From Zymomonas mobilis subsp. mobilis ATCC 10988 (GTDB lineage Bacteria > Pseudomonadota > Alphaproteobacteria > Sphingomonadales > Sphingomonadaceae), in the NCBI RefSeq assembly GCF_000175255.2, contig NC_017262.1, forward strand, positions 1 to 32,000: a stretch of DNA of 32,000 nt. Reading direction: 5' to 3'. Within the stretch, counting starts at the first letter, position 1; every line of letters starts with the position of its first letter. A program made the translations under genes and the position numbers. The notes below the pieces were generated by a model. It did no database searches. It was not told the origin of the DNA and saw only the letters and a program-made list of their open reading frames with translations. Of the stretch, positions 8,879 to 17,636 are shown piece after piece.

Positions 8879-9709
8879 ATGACCGAATATATCCATGTCA
8901 AAGAAGGTGATGCGGCTATTCGTACGCATGCCATCAAACTTTACGATGAAAACGCTTTTGCCGGAATGCGGAAAGCAGGCCGATTGGCGGCTGATGTTCT
9001 TGATGCGTTGGTGCCTTATGTCAAACCGGGCGTCACTACCGAAGCCCTTGATACTCTGGCCGATGACCTGATCCGTCAGGGCGGCGGTGTTTCTGCCTGC
9101 CGTTATTACCGCGGTTATCCGAAATCGGTTTGTATCTCTGCGAATCATGTGATTTGCCACGGTATTCCGGGGCCAAAAGCACTCAAATCAGGCGACATCA
9201 TCAATATTGATGTGACCGTTATTGTCGATGGATGGCATGGCGATACCAGCCGGATGTTCTTCGTCGGGGATGTGCCTTTAAAGGCTAAAAAACTGGTTGA
9301 TGTGACCTATCAGGCTTTAATGCTTGGCATCGAACAGGCCAAACCCGGAAATCATATCGGCGATATCGGCTATGCTATCCAGACATTGGCTGCCAAACAT
9401 CGCTACGGCGTTGTCCGTGATTTCTGCGGCCATGGTTTGGGCAAGGTTTTCCACGACCGACCAGAAGTCGTCCATGTTGGTATTCCGGGTGAAGGTGTTG
9501 AGTTAAAGCCGGGGATGCTGTTCACGATTGAACCGATGATCAATATCGGCAAGCCGGATGTCAAAATTCTGGATGATGGTTGGACATCCGTTACCCGCGA
9601 TCGTTCACTTTCCGCCCAGTTCGAGCATTCTATCGGCATCACAGAAAAGGGTTGCGAAATCTTTACAAAAAGCGCAGCCGGATTAGATGCACCACCTTAC
9701 CAGGTATAA
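8879..9709 (+). CDS. map: Type I methionine aminopeptidase
   Basis: MetAP metal-ligand contexts are present: IINIDVT, DGWHGDTS, CGHGLG, FTIEPM and AQFEHS. The ORF opens at TTG 8861 and ATG 8879 gives the canonical N-terminus. Confidence 0.96.
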   Translation: MTEYIHVKEGDAAIRTHAIKLYDENAFAGMRKAGRLAADVLDALVPYVKPGVTTEALDTLADDLIRQGGGVSACRYYRGYPKSVCISANHVICHGIPGPKALKSGDIINIDVTVIVDGWHGDTSRMFFVGDVPLKAKKLVDVTYQALMLGIEQAKPGNHIGDIGYAIQTLAAKHRYGVVRDFCGHGLGKVFHDRPEVVHVGIPGEGVELKPGMLFTIEPMINIGKPDVKILDDGWTSVTRDRSLSAQFEHSIGITEKGCEIFTKSAAGLDAPPYQV

Positions 9710-9774
9710 CATTGTTATTTTATAACAAAAATTCATGATAAGCTATCATACATAATTTGGGGATAGTGAATATA

Positions 9775-10788
9775 ATGCAAAGTATTCGTTTCTTTTCCGA
9801 TAACGCTGCCACTGTCGCAGCCCCCGTCATGGATGCTATTATCGCCGCCAATCAAAGCGACATGGCTTATGATTCCGATAAATGGAGTCAGAAACTTGAC
9901 GCTATTTTCTCGGAATTATTCGGGACAGACGTAACGGCTCATTGGGCAGTCACCGGAACGGCGGCCAATGCCCTGTCTTTATCCGCTATCTGCCCGCCTT
10001 TTGGGGGGGTCTTATGCAGTCAGGATGCCCATGTCCAAACGGATGAGGGGGGCGCTCCTGAATTTTATACCGGCGGTTCCAAATTGCTGTTGGTTCCAGG
10101 TGAAGGCGCTAAAATTACGCCCGAAGCCTTAAAGACAAGAGCTGAAGCGATTGCTGACAGCGTCCATATGGTGCAACCTCATGCGGTGACCATTACCAAT
10201 TCAACTGAATTAGGTCAGGTTTACACACCAGAAGAAACAGCGGCTATTGGTGCCGTTGCCCGTGAAAAAGGCTTGCGTTTCCATCTGGATGGCGCCCGTT
10301 TTGCTAATGCGGTTGCTGCTCTCGGTTGCAATCCGGCTGATCTGACATGGAAAGCCGGTGTTGATTTGATGAGCTTCGGCTTTACCAAAAATGGTGCCAT
10401 GGCCGCAGAAGCGATCGTTTTCTTCGATCGTGAGCTTGCTGCCCACAATAAACGTCGCCGGAAACGGGCAGGTCATTTGCTGTCCAAAGGTCGCTTCATT
10501 GCCGCCCAAATCGAAGCCATGTTGAAAAATGATTTATGGCTTGATCTGGCGCGTTCTTCCAATACCGTTGCCAAACGGATTGCAGAAGCTGTTGATCCCA
10601 AAAGACATGCCTATCCGGTCAAAGCCAATGAAGTCTTCTTATTCATCTCGATGGAAGAACGGGCAGAATTGCGGAAACAGGGCTTTGTTTTCTATGACTG
10701 GGGTCATGACAAAATTCGTCTGGTTGCCTCATGGGATCAGCCGGAACATGAAGTCGTTGCATTAGAAAAAGCCTTAAAGGCTTTATAA
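9775..10788 (+). CDS. Threonine aldolase family PLP enzyme (low-specificity L-threonine aldolase-like)
   Basis: Fold-type I PLP blocks FFSDNAA, TGTAANALSL, HLDGARFANA and the PLP-lysine context SFGFTKNG. The start is ambiguous between TTG 9757 and ATG 9775. Confidence 0.85.
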   Translation: MQSIRFFSDNAATVAAPVMDAIIAANQSDMAYDSDKWSQKLDAIFSELFGTDVTAHWAVTGTAANALSLSAICPPFGGVLCSQDAHVQTDEGGAPEFYTGGSKLLLVPGEGAKITPEALKTRAEAIADSVHMVQPHAVTITNSTELGQVYTPEETAAIGAVAREKGLRFHLDGARFANAVAALGCNPADLTWKAGVDLMSFGFTKNGAMAAEAIVFFDRELAAHNKRRRKRAGHLLSKGRFIAAQIEAMLKNDLWLDLARSSNTVAKRIAEAVDPKRHAYPVKANEVFLFISMEERAELRKQGFVFYDWGHDKIRLVASWDQPEHEVVALEKALKAL

Positions 10789-10825
10789 AAAGAAGGTCGG
10801 ATAACCATCCGAAAGAGGGGATAGA

Positions 10826-11782
10826 ATGAACGAAGCAGAAAGGGAGAGTCAGTCAGAATCAAAGCTGACATCCCCCAAGGTATTTTTGCCTTTTTTGCTG
10901 GTAATTTTGATCTGGAGTACGACATGGATTGTCATTCGGGATCAATTACATTCTGTCCCCGCGAACTGGTCAATTTGTTACCGCTTTTTTGTCGCCGGAT
11001 TGCTGATGATGCTCTTCTGCCGGATAAAAGGGTACAAATTGGCCTTGGATCGTGGCAACCAATTTTTCTGCATAACCGTTGGCCTGCTTTTGATTTCCGT
11101 TGATTACGGTTTTCTTTATGCGGCTGAAAAACATATCACTTCGGGGCTGGTTGCGGTTGTCTTTGCCCTTATCATTATCCCCAACAGCTTTTTTGCACGG
11201 GTTTTCTTAGGCAAAAAAAGCTCACCTTATTTTATTCTCGGTGCTGTTTTGGCCGGTATCGGCCTAGGCCTGCTTTTCCGTAGTCAGCTAGCTTATTTGC
11301 CAGATCGAACGGAAATGAAATTAGGTCTGGGCATGTCTCTTCTGGCGGTTCTGGCCACTTCGCTGGGTGAAATTCTACTCTCAACCCCACGAGGAAAATC
11401 ACAACCGATGCCGGTCTTTTTGGCATGGTCAATGCTCTGGGGTAGTCTTGGAATCGGTTCGGCGGCTTTCTTTCTGGATGGCGCACCGGTTATCGGCGGC
11501 ATAGCCTATTTGGGTGGGCTACTATACCTCACACTTTTTGCCTCGGTGCTCGCCTTTGTTTTATATTTTTATGTTTTACATATCATTGGGCCCGATATGG
11601 CAGCTTATGCCCATGTGTTAAGCCCCGTGCTCGCGATGGTCATTTCGACGCTCTATGAAAATTATATCTGGAGCAGCTCTGCCATTGCAGGCAGCATCAT
11701 GGTGTTGGCAGGCCTTCTGCTCGCTATGAAATCACAAAAAAAATCAATACGTTCTGTCATGGTAAAGGCAAGGATCGATTAA
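10826..11782 (+). CDS. EamA/DMT family transporter
   Basis: 318 aa with about 10 hydrophobic helices arranged as two EamA-like halves. SD AGAGGGG lies upstream of the ATG. Confidence 0.88.
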   Translation: MNEAERESQSESKLTSPKVFLPFLLVILIWSTTWIVIRDQLHSVPANWSICYRFFVAGLLMMLFCRIKGYKLALDRGNQFFCITVGLLLISVDYGFLYAAEKHITSGLVAVVFALIIIPNSFFARVFLGKKSSPYFILGAVLAGIGLGLLFRSQLAYLPDRTEMKLGLGMSLLAVLATSLGEILLSTPRGKSQPMPVFLAWSMLWGSLGIGSAAFFLDGAPVIGGIAYLGGLLYLTLFASVLAFVLYFYVLHIIGPDMAAYAHVLSPVLAMVISTLYENYIWSSSAIAGSIMVLAGLLLAMKSQKKSIRSVMVKARID

Positions 11783-11849
11783 ATCCGCTTATCAAGCTTC
11801 GATCCGCTTCCTTTCTTGCACAATCTTCAATCAAGGTCAGGAGATAAAT

Positions 11850-14453
11850 ATGTCAGAGAATCACTCTGATACGCCCGTGGTCATCCACCGTCATGCCTAC
11901 AGACCTCCTGATTGGCTGGTGCCGACAATCGCGCTTGATTTTGCCCTTGATCCTCAAAAAACACGCGTCAAGGCACGCCTTCAGGTAAAACGCAACGGCG
12001 ACCATAACCGCCCTTTAAAATTGGACGGTAATAACCAAAAGCTTCTTGCTTTTTCAGTTGACGGGCAGGATGCCCAATCACAGGTAAAACAGGAAAAAGA
12101 GGGTCTGGTTATCGCGCTTGGCGGTGAAGCCCATACGATCGAAACCGAGGTAGAAATTTCGCCCGAAAGCAATTCCCAGCTTATGGGACTCTATGCTTCT
12201 TCGGGACTGCTTTGCACTCAATGCGAAGCCGAAGGCTTCCGCCGGATCACCTATTTCCCTGATCGTCCTGATATTCTCAGCCGCTATACCGTCAGGATGG
12301 AAGCCGATGAAAAGGCTTTTCCAGTCTTGCTCTCCAACGGCAATCTGACTTTGGAAGGCAAAAGCGAAAATGGCCGCCATTTTGCGCTTTGGAATGATCC
12401 TTTTCCGAAACCCTGTTATCTCTTTGCCTTGGTCGCGGGTAATTTGGCTGCGTATCGTGACGAATTTATAACCCAGTCAGGCCGTAAAGTTGCGCTCGCT
12501 ATCTGGGTTAGACCGGATGACATCAACAAGACTCATCACGCCATGAATGCCTTAAAAATGGCAATGGCATGGGATGAAAAGGTCTATGGCCGCGAATATG
12601 ATCTTGATCAGTTCAATATTGTGGCAGTTGATGATTTCAACTTCGGTGCCATGGAAAATAAAAGCCTGAATATCTTCAATTCACGCTATATTCTTGCCGA
12701 TCCTGATACCGCAACCGATGCTGATTACGATGCGATTGCAGGGGTCGTTGCCCATGAATATTTCCATAACTGGTCAGGCAATCGCGTCACTTGTCGCGAC
12801 TGGTTCCAGCTTTCTCTGAAAGAAGGCTTCACCGTTTTCCGCGACCAAAGTTTTTCGGCCGATCTCGGCTCTCCTGCGGTCAAACGTATCGAAGATGTCC
12901 GTAGCTTGCGGGCGGCTCAATTTCCCGAAGATGCAGGGCCTTTAGCCCATCCGATCCAGCCCGATAGCTATATCGAAATCTCGAATTTCTATACAGCAAC
13001 GGTTTATAATAAAGGAGCAGAAATCATCCGAATGATGCATCAGTTGCTAGGTGCAGAAAAATTCAGGAAGGGAACTGATCTTTATTTTGAACGCCATGAT
13101 GGTGAAGCGGCTACCTGCGAAAATTTTGTCGCTGCCATGGAAGAGGCAAGCGGGGTCGATCTGACGGATTTCCGCCACTGGTATCATCAGGCAGGTACGC
13201 CTGAATTAAAAGCCAGTTTGAAATGGGATGGCGCGACAAAAACAGCAACGCTTACTTTGTCGCAAAAAACAGCCGCCACACCATCCCAACCTGAAAAACA
13301 GCCAGTTGTTTTACCTGTCGCGATAGCCTTAATTGGCAAGCAAACGGGTAAAAATCTTATTGGGGAACAGTTGCTCACGCTGACCAAAGACAGCGAAAGC
13401 TACCGTTTTGAGAATCTGGCTGAAGAACCGCTTCTTTCAATCAACCGCCATTTCTCGGCACCTGTTACGGTTGAAAACCAAGTCAGCCCCGAAGATCTCG
13501 CCTTCCTTTCGGCCAATGATGATGATCCTTTTGCTCGCTATGAAGCCATGCAGCAATTGATGCTTGATTTCATGGTTGCTCGCGTGCGGGGTGAACAGGT
13601 CGATCCAAAAACGGTTATCAATGCGGTTGAAAAAACGCTGACTAACAAAGATTTGGATAACGCCTTCATTGCCGAAGCCGTTATTCTGCCTTCTGAAAAT
13701 ATGGTCGGCGAAAAACTCGATATCGTTGATCCGAAACGGATTGCAGAAATCCGCGATGATCTCCGTAAAATGCTGGGGCAGACGCTCGAAAAATTGTGGC
13801 AGCAAGCCTATCAAAGCTGCGAACGGCCAAGCTACCAATATACCCCCGAAGCCGTTGGGGCGCGTCGTTTGAAAAATGTCGCACTCAGCTATCTGGCAGC
13901 TGGGGAACTGGCTGATGCGCCCAGCATAGCATGGCTACAATTTGAAAAAGCCGACAATATGACCGATCGGCGCGGCGCTTTGGATGTGCTGGTTAACGGC
14001 TTCTCGCCAGAAAGAGAAAAGGCGCTCACCGCTTTTTATGAACGCTATAAAGGCAATGCGCTGGTTATTGACAAATGGTTTGCGGTTCAGGCTTTCTCAA
14101 CCCGTCCAGATGTCATAGAAAATGTGAAGAAACTGGCAAAACATCCTGATTTTACACTGAAAAATCCGAACCGTGCGCGCGCTTTAATTGGCAGCTTCGC
14201 TCATAATGCCCGCGCTTTCCATGATTTATCAGGGGAGGGATATCGCTTTGTCACGGATATGGTCATCGCGCTCGACAAGATCAATTCGCAGACGGCGGCC
14301 AGAATGATTGCACCCTTTGGCCGCTGGCAACGCTACGGTTCCGATCGGGCAGAAATGATGCAGAATGCCTTGAAACGCATTTTATCCACGCCTGATTTGT
14401 CCCGTGACGTGTTCGAGCAAGCCTCAAAAAGCCTGCTTCCGAACAAAGCCTAA
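11850..14453 (+). CDS. pepN: Aminopeptidase N (M1 family)
   Basis: GAMEN exopeptidase motif and the zinc motif HEYFHNWSGNRVTCRDWFQLSLKEG (HExxH-x18-E). Length is 867 aa. SD CAGGAG lies upstream of the ATG. Confidence 0.97.
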   Translation: MSENHSDTPVVIHRHAYRPPDWLVPTIALDFALDPQKTRVKARLQVKRNGDHNRPLKLDGNNQKLLAFSVDGQDAQSQVKQEKEGLVIALGGEAHTIETEVEISPESNSQLMGLYASSGLLCTQCEAEGFRRITYFPDRPDILSRYTVRMEADEKAFPVLLSNGNLTLEGKSENGRHFALWNDPFPKPCYLFALVAGNLAAYRDEFITQSGRKVALAIWVRPDDINKTHHAMNALKMAMAWDEKVYGREYDLDQFNIVAVDDFNFGAMENKSLNIFNSRYILADPDTATDADYDAIAGVVAHEYFHNWSGNRVTCRDWFQLSLKEGFTVFRDQSFSADLGSPAVKRIEDVRSLRAAQFPEDAGPLAHPIQPDSYIEISNFYTATVYNKGAEIIRMMHQLLGAEKFRKGTDLYFERHDGEAATCENFVAAMEEASGVDLTDFRHWYHQAGTPELKASLKWDGATKTATLTLSQKTAATPSQPEKQPVVLPVAIALIGKQTGKNLIGEQLLTLTKDSESYRFENLAEEPLLSINRHFSAPVTVENQVSPEDLAFLSANDDDPFARYEAMQQLMLDFMVARVRGEQVDPKTVINAVEKTLTNKDLDNAFIAEAVILPSENMVGEKLDIVDPKRIAEIRDDLRKMLGQTLEKLWQQAYQSCERPSYQYTPEAVGARRLKNVALSYLAAGELADAPSIAWLQFEKADNMTDRRGALDVLVNGFSPEREKALTAFYERYKGNALVIDKWFAVQAFSTRPDVIENVKKLAKHPDFTLKNPNRARALIGSFAHNARAFHDLSGEGYRFVTDMVIALDKINSQTAARMIAPFGRWQRYGSDRAEMMQNALKRILSTPDLSRDVFEQASKSLLPNKA

Positions 14454-14488
14454 AACTGAAATGACCTAATCAATAAATAATCCCTCAA

Positions 14489-14521
14489 CAAAAAAGGCTG
14501 CCTTTCATGGCAGCCTTTTTT
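14489..14521. terminator. Bidirectional rho-independent terminator between the convergent pepN and aldo/keto reductase genes
   Basis: GGCTGCC / GGCAGCC is a perfect 7-bp stem with loop TTTCAT. It is flanked by A6 upstream and T6 downstream. Confidence 0.85.
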
Positions 14522-14577
14522 ATCTCGAAATAGATCCTGTTATGTCGGATATGACCGACTTACCGCACAATAATCAC

Positions 14578-15426
14578 TTAAAATTCTTCATAGCGGGCAG
14601 GGTCTTGGTCGGCCAAGCGGCCATCAGGCCGTGCTAAAGTCGCGATTATTTCTATATCCTGCGGCGACAGCTCGAAATCAAACAAGGATAGATTTTCAAT
14701 CTGACGCTCTTTGCTAGAGGCTTTCGGAATCGGTATCGCTCCAAGCTGGACATGCCAACGCAAAATAACCTGCGGGATAGACTTACCCAAGCGATCCGCA
14801 ATTTTTTTAATCGTGTCGTCCTGTAGCAACTTGCTGGCACGTCCCAAAGGACTCCATGACTCGGTAACAATGCCATGGGCTTTATCCCATGCCCGCTGCT
14901 CTTCCTGCGGAAAATAGGGATGCAATTCCACCTGATTGACAACCGGCGTTACACCTGTCTCTTTAATCAGCCTTTCCAGATGTTCTGGTAAAAAGTTACA
15001 GACACCAATCGAACGGATTAACCCTTTTTTTCGGGCTTCAATTAAGGCCTGCCACGCCTCGACATAGAGATCTTTGCTCGGATTAGGCCAATGAATCAGA
15101 TAGAGATCATAATAATCAAGCTGTGCCCGATAAAGCGACTCCTCGACCGTTGCAATGGCCTCTTCAAAATGATGATGTCGCCCCGGTAATTTGGACACGA
15201 TCCGCAATTTATCACGGGCAATACCGGCCTCGCGAACAGCTTCGCCTACAGCACCTTCATTCTCATAATTAAAAGCGGAATCGAGCAAGCGGTATCCGAC
15301 TTTAATCGCGCTGACGATATCGGAAACACCGGCCGAACCATTGAGCTTATAGGTGCCAAAACCTACCGCAGGCAAATCATTGCCGTCATTCAGACGGATC
15401 GAGGGTATCGAAATAGGGGACATCAT
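14578..15426 (-). CDS. Aldo/keto reductase (2,5-didehydrogluconate reductase-like)
   Basis: AKR blocks LPAVGFGTYKL, LLDSAFNYENE, SKL, YLIHWP and NQVELHP. The ORF extends to ATG 15456, but GGAGAAGT precedes the tandem ATG ATG at 15426/15423. Confidence 0.93.
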   Translation of the reverse strand: MMSPISIPSIRLNDGNDLPAVGFGTYKLNGSAGVSDIVSAIKVGYRLLDSAFNYENEGAVGEAVREAGIARDKLRIVSKLPGRHHHFEEAIATVEESLYRAQLDYYDLYLIHWPNPSKDLYVEAWQALIEARKKGLIRSIGVCNFLPEHLERLIKETGVTPVVNQVELHPYFPQEEQRAWDKAHGIVTESWSPLGRASKLLQDDTIKKIADRLGKSIPQVILRWHVQLGAIPIPKASSKERQIENLSLFDFELSPQDIEIIATLARPDGRLADQDPARYEEF

Positions 15427-15753
15427 ACTTCTCCATATAGAGGATGATTCCCTCATCCTGACCCTATTGATAAAGGCTGTAAAACCCCGCTTTCCAAAGA
15501 AAACGCTGTCATACGACCATCGGAGCGATTTCTACGATCAATGCTTTAAAAAAGCGAAAGGGGACAATCTATCTGGAATAGGTGAAAAGGGGTGTTTTCA
15601 GCGAAATAGAAAAAGCAAAAAAGAAAAAAGGCTCAAATGAAGAAAACCACTCGTCCTTCTTTATTCAAGAAATCTCGATCCGAGGATAAACATTTCTTAC
15701 CCCAAATAACGACTAATCACCTTTTTCCTTGCCGAAAGAATGCGTAGCGATAT

Positions 15754-15833
15754 CTTAATGGCTTAATGGCTTAATGGCTTAATGGCTTAATGGCTTAATG
15801 GCTTAATGGCTTAATGGCTTAATGGCTTAATAG
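15754..15833. repeat. Tandem repeat: CTTAATGG x 9 perfect copies plus one degenerate copy (CTTAATAG)
   Basis: Read directly from the sequence. Period is 8 bp. Positions 15754-15825 are perfect and 15826-15833 are degenerate. All six frames contain stops. The repeat is intergenic, between the tRNA-Asn terminator and the AKR gene. Confidence 0.97.
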
Positions 15834-16065
15834 CTGGTGGTATCTCGAAAAAAGAAAATATCCCTATCCCATGGCAGCCAAGCGCTCACGGCCACGCTAT
15901 TGGGTCACGTTATGGAAATAACCTAATTAGGAAAGTAGACGAAAAAAACACTTTAAACAGAGTAACAGATCTACCCGAAATACATTCAGACAATCCCAAT
16001 GCAGAAAGTCTTTAATCTATCAGGCGATATATAACCGATTGATCGGAAATAAGATAAATTTTTAA

Positions 16066-16094
16066 AGAGAAAATAAAACGATAAGGACTATCGT
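16066..16094 (-). terminator. Putative terminator of tRNA-Asn
   Basis: On the - strand, ACGATA gtcct TATCGT forms a 6-bp stem followed by TTTTATTTT. It starts 5 nt after the tRNA 3' end. Confidence 0.55.
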
Positions 16095-16099
16095 TGAAA

Positions 16100-16174
16100 T
16101 GGCTCCCCGAGTAGGATTCGAACCTACGACCTGCCGATTAACAGTCGGACGCTCTACCGCTGAGCTATCAGGGA
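16100..16174 (-). tRNA. tRNA-Asn (anticodon GTT), CCA encoded
   Basis: The reverse complement is TCCCTGATAGCTCAGCGGTAGAGCGTCCGACTGTTAATCGGCAGGTCGTAGGTTCGAATCCTACTCGGGGAGCCA. It folds into a cloverleaf with a 7-bp acceptor stem containing one G-U, D arm GCTC/GAGC, anticodon loop CTGTTAA, and T arm GTAGG-TTCGAAT-CCTAC. Confidence 0.95.
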
Positions 16175-16209
16175 ACACTATGTCAATCACCGCGTTGGGT
16201 GTGAAGCGC

Positions 16210-16237
16210 GTATAACAATCAGCTATGTGTTCTGCAA
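16210..16237 (-). promoter_or_regulatory. Putative sigma-70-type promoter of tRNA-Asn
   Basis: On the - strand: TTGCAG, a 16-nt spacer, TTATAC, then a GC-rich discriminator (GCGCTTCAC). An A/T-tract (UP-like) sequence lies upstream. Identified by eye only. Confidence 0.35.
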
Positions 16238-16283
16238 GCGTTTTTTTCAAAAAAAACACAAAAAAATGAAAGCTATAGATAAA

Positions 16284-16316
16284 ACCCGCCGTCGGCCTAT
16301 AAATAGGCCTGCGGGT
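16284..16316. other. GC-rich extended hairpin / palindrome between tRNA-Asn and ypfJ
   Basis: ACCCGC cgtc GGCCTAT aa ATAGGCC t GCGGGT, i.e. 6 + 7 bp of pairing with a small internal loop. It ends 5 nt before the ypfJ SD (GGGAAGG). On the - strand it is followed by TTTTAT. Confidence 0.6.
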
Positions 16317-16334
16317 AAATTGGGAAGGTTCATA

Positions 16335-17255
16335 ATGCGGCTTGATGACTACCGAAGCAGCGATAACGTCGAAGACGAACGTGGTGAAGATTTTAGCGGT
16401 GGTAATAACGGCGGTGGCGGCGGGTTTAACCTGATTAGCGGCTTGCTCGGCTTTGTCCTTGGTCGTTTCGGTATCGGCGGCGTGATCGTTTTGGTGATCA
16501 TTTGTTTTATTTTTAAAATAAATCCACTGGGCTTTATAGGGGGTGGCAGTTCGACACAACCCGCGATGGCACCTCATCAGGTGCATTCTGTTCGTTCGGC
16601 ACAACAGGCCTGCCAACTTAACGCCGCAAGCCTTTTCTCCTGCCGTGTCTTGGCTAGTACCGAAGACACATGGGGCAAGATTTTTGCTGATGCCGGTAAA
16701 AAATATAAACCGACAACATTGGTCTTTTATAGTCAAAGAGGTCGTTCAGGCTGCGGTGCAGCAGAATCGGCGATGGGGCCTTTTTACTGCCCAGCAGATC
16801 AGCGCGTTTATCTCGATACAGATTTCTATAATGAACTGGTCAACCGCTTCCATGCCAGCGGTGACTTTGCCCAAGCCTATGTTATCGCCCATGAAGTCGG
16901 GCATCACGTTCAAGATTTAATGGGCTTATCCGACCAAATCCGTGAACAACAAGCTAATGTCGGCAAAGCTGCCGCTAATGCCCTACAGGTGAGAATGGAA
17001 TTACAGGCCGATTGCTATGCCGGAGTCTGGGCAGCGCATAACCGCGACCGGATAGAAGAGGGCGATGTCGAAGAAGGTATGCGGGCAGCGCAGGCTATTG
17101 GCGACGATACCTTAGAGAAAGCAGCAGGGATGCGACCCGTTCCTGAAAGTTTCACTCATGGCACATCTGCGGAAAGAATGCGCTGGCTCAAACGCGGGAT
17201 TGATAGCGGCGATCCAGCCGTTTGCGATACCTTCCATCATGATATTGATAGTTAA
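16335..17255 (+). CDS. ypfJ: YpfJ-family neutral zinc metallopeptidase (membrane-anchored)
   Basis: The N-terminus MRLDDYRSSDNVEDERG is followed by a Gly-rich stretch and one TM helix. Other blocks are TEDTWG, GCGAAESAMGPFYCPADQRVYLD, the zinc motif GDFAQAYVIAHEVGHHVQ, MELQADC, FTHGTS and the GDP..C tail. Together these align with E. coli YpfJ as I recall it. The ORF opens 36 codons upstream, but ATG 16335 follows GGGAAGG. Confidence 0.92.
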   Translation: MRLDDYRSSDNVEDERGEDFSGGNNGGGGGFNLISGLLGFVLGRFGIGGVIVLVIICFIFKINPLGFIGGGSSTQPAMAPHQVHSVRSAQQACQLNAASLFSCRVLASTEDTWGKIFADAGKKYKPTTLVFYSQRGRSGCGAAESAMGPFYCPADQRVYLDTDFYNELVNRFHASGDFAQAYVIAHEVGHHVQDLMGLSDQIREQQANVGKAAANALQVRMELQADCYAGVWAAHNRDRIEEGDVEEGMRAAQAIGDDTLEKAAGMRPVPESFTHGTSAERMRWLKRGIDSGDPAVCDTFHHDIDS

Positions 17256-17397
17256 ATTCTGTTGAGATGAAATGTTGTTCATGTCTTTGCGAAAGCGAAA
17301 AACACATATTCGGTCAATAAAAAATAATAAATATTTTACCGTAAAAACATAAGGTTATACGCCTTATTTAGTAAAAATTATCAACTAAAATACTCTT

Positions 17398-17449
17398 AGG
17401 ATACAGCGATGGCCTTTTTCAAAAGCGTCTATCCTGTATCCTTTTTCTT
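17398..17449 (+). terminator. Long imperfect hairpin plus T-tract, about 143 nt downstream of the ypfJ stop (putative terminator)
   Basis: AGGATACAG (17398-17406) pairs with CTGTATCCT (17434-17442). The 27-nt interior can pair further (GATGG/CTATC, CTTT/AAAG). TTTTCTT follows. Confidence 0.4.
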
Positions 17450-17636
17450 ATCATGACGCTTGATATCCCGCTCTCGACGCATAGCTTGAACAAGCCAATC
17501 ACCGGAAAATCTGACGACCGTCTATGATTGTAGATATTTTTTCCGCTTTTCTGGCGCACAAAAACATCCTCCCAATATGGGATGCTAGCGGATCAAGGCG
17601 CTTCTGCTCGGCATGTAAAAATAGAGCGAGCCTCTG

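Noticed and set aside
14382-14390. Near-consensus DnaA box TTATCCACG
   Set aside because: It is a single isolated copy inside the pepN coding sequence with no partner boxes. Chance is the most likely explanation.
15353-15640. 95-aa plus-strand ORF spanning the AKR start region
   Set aside because: It is antisense to the AKR N-terminus and has a lysine-rich tail produced by an A-rich intergenic tract. It has no SD and no recognisable family.
15637-15747. 36-aa small ORF (MKKTTRPSLFKKSRSEDKHFLPQITTNHLFPCRKNA) just upstream of the octamer array
   Set aside because: It has only a weak SD (AAGG) and no hydrophobic or recognisable motif. Short ORFs like this are expected by chance in AT-rich DNA. 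It would need ribosome profiling or conservation evidence.
15754-15833. Could the octamer array be a CRISPR array or a coding repeat?
   Set aside because: The units are contiguous with no spacers and are only 8 bp long, and no cas genes are present. Stops occur in every frame, so it is neither CRISPR nor coding.
15457-16099. Genomic island or integrative-element remnant at the 3' side of tRNA-Asn
   Set aside because: There is no integrase, no transposase and no direct repeat of the tRNA 3' end (for example GGATTCGAACCTAC) anywhere else in the window. The next gene is an ordinary aldo/keto reductase. Only comparison with other strains could reveal a past insertion.
16062-16736. 224-aa ORF on the minus strand
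   Set aside because: It runs straight through tRNA-Asn and lies antisense to the well-supported ypfJ N-terminus. It has no recognisable domain and low-complexity, odd composition. I treat it as a spurious overlap ORF.
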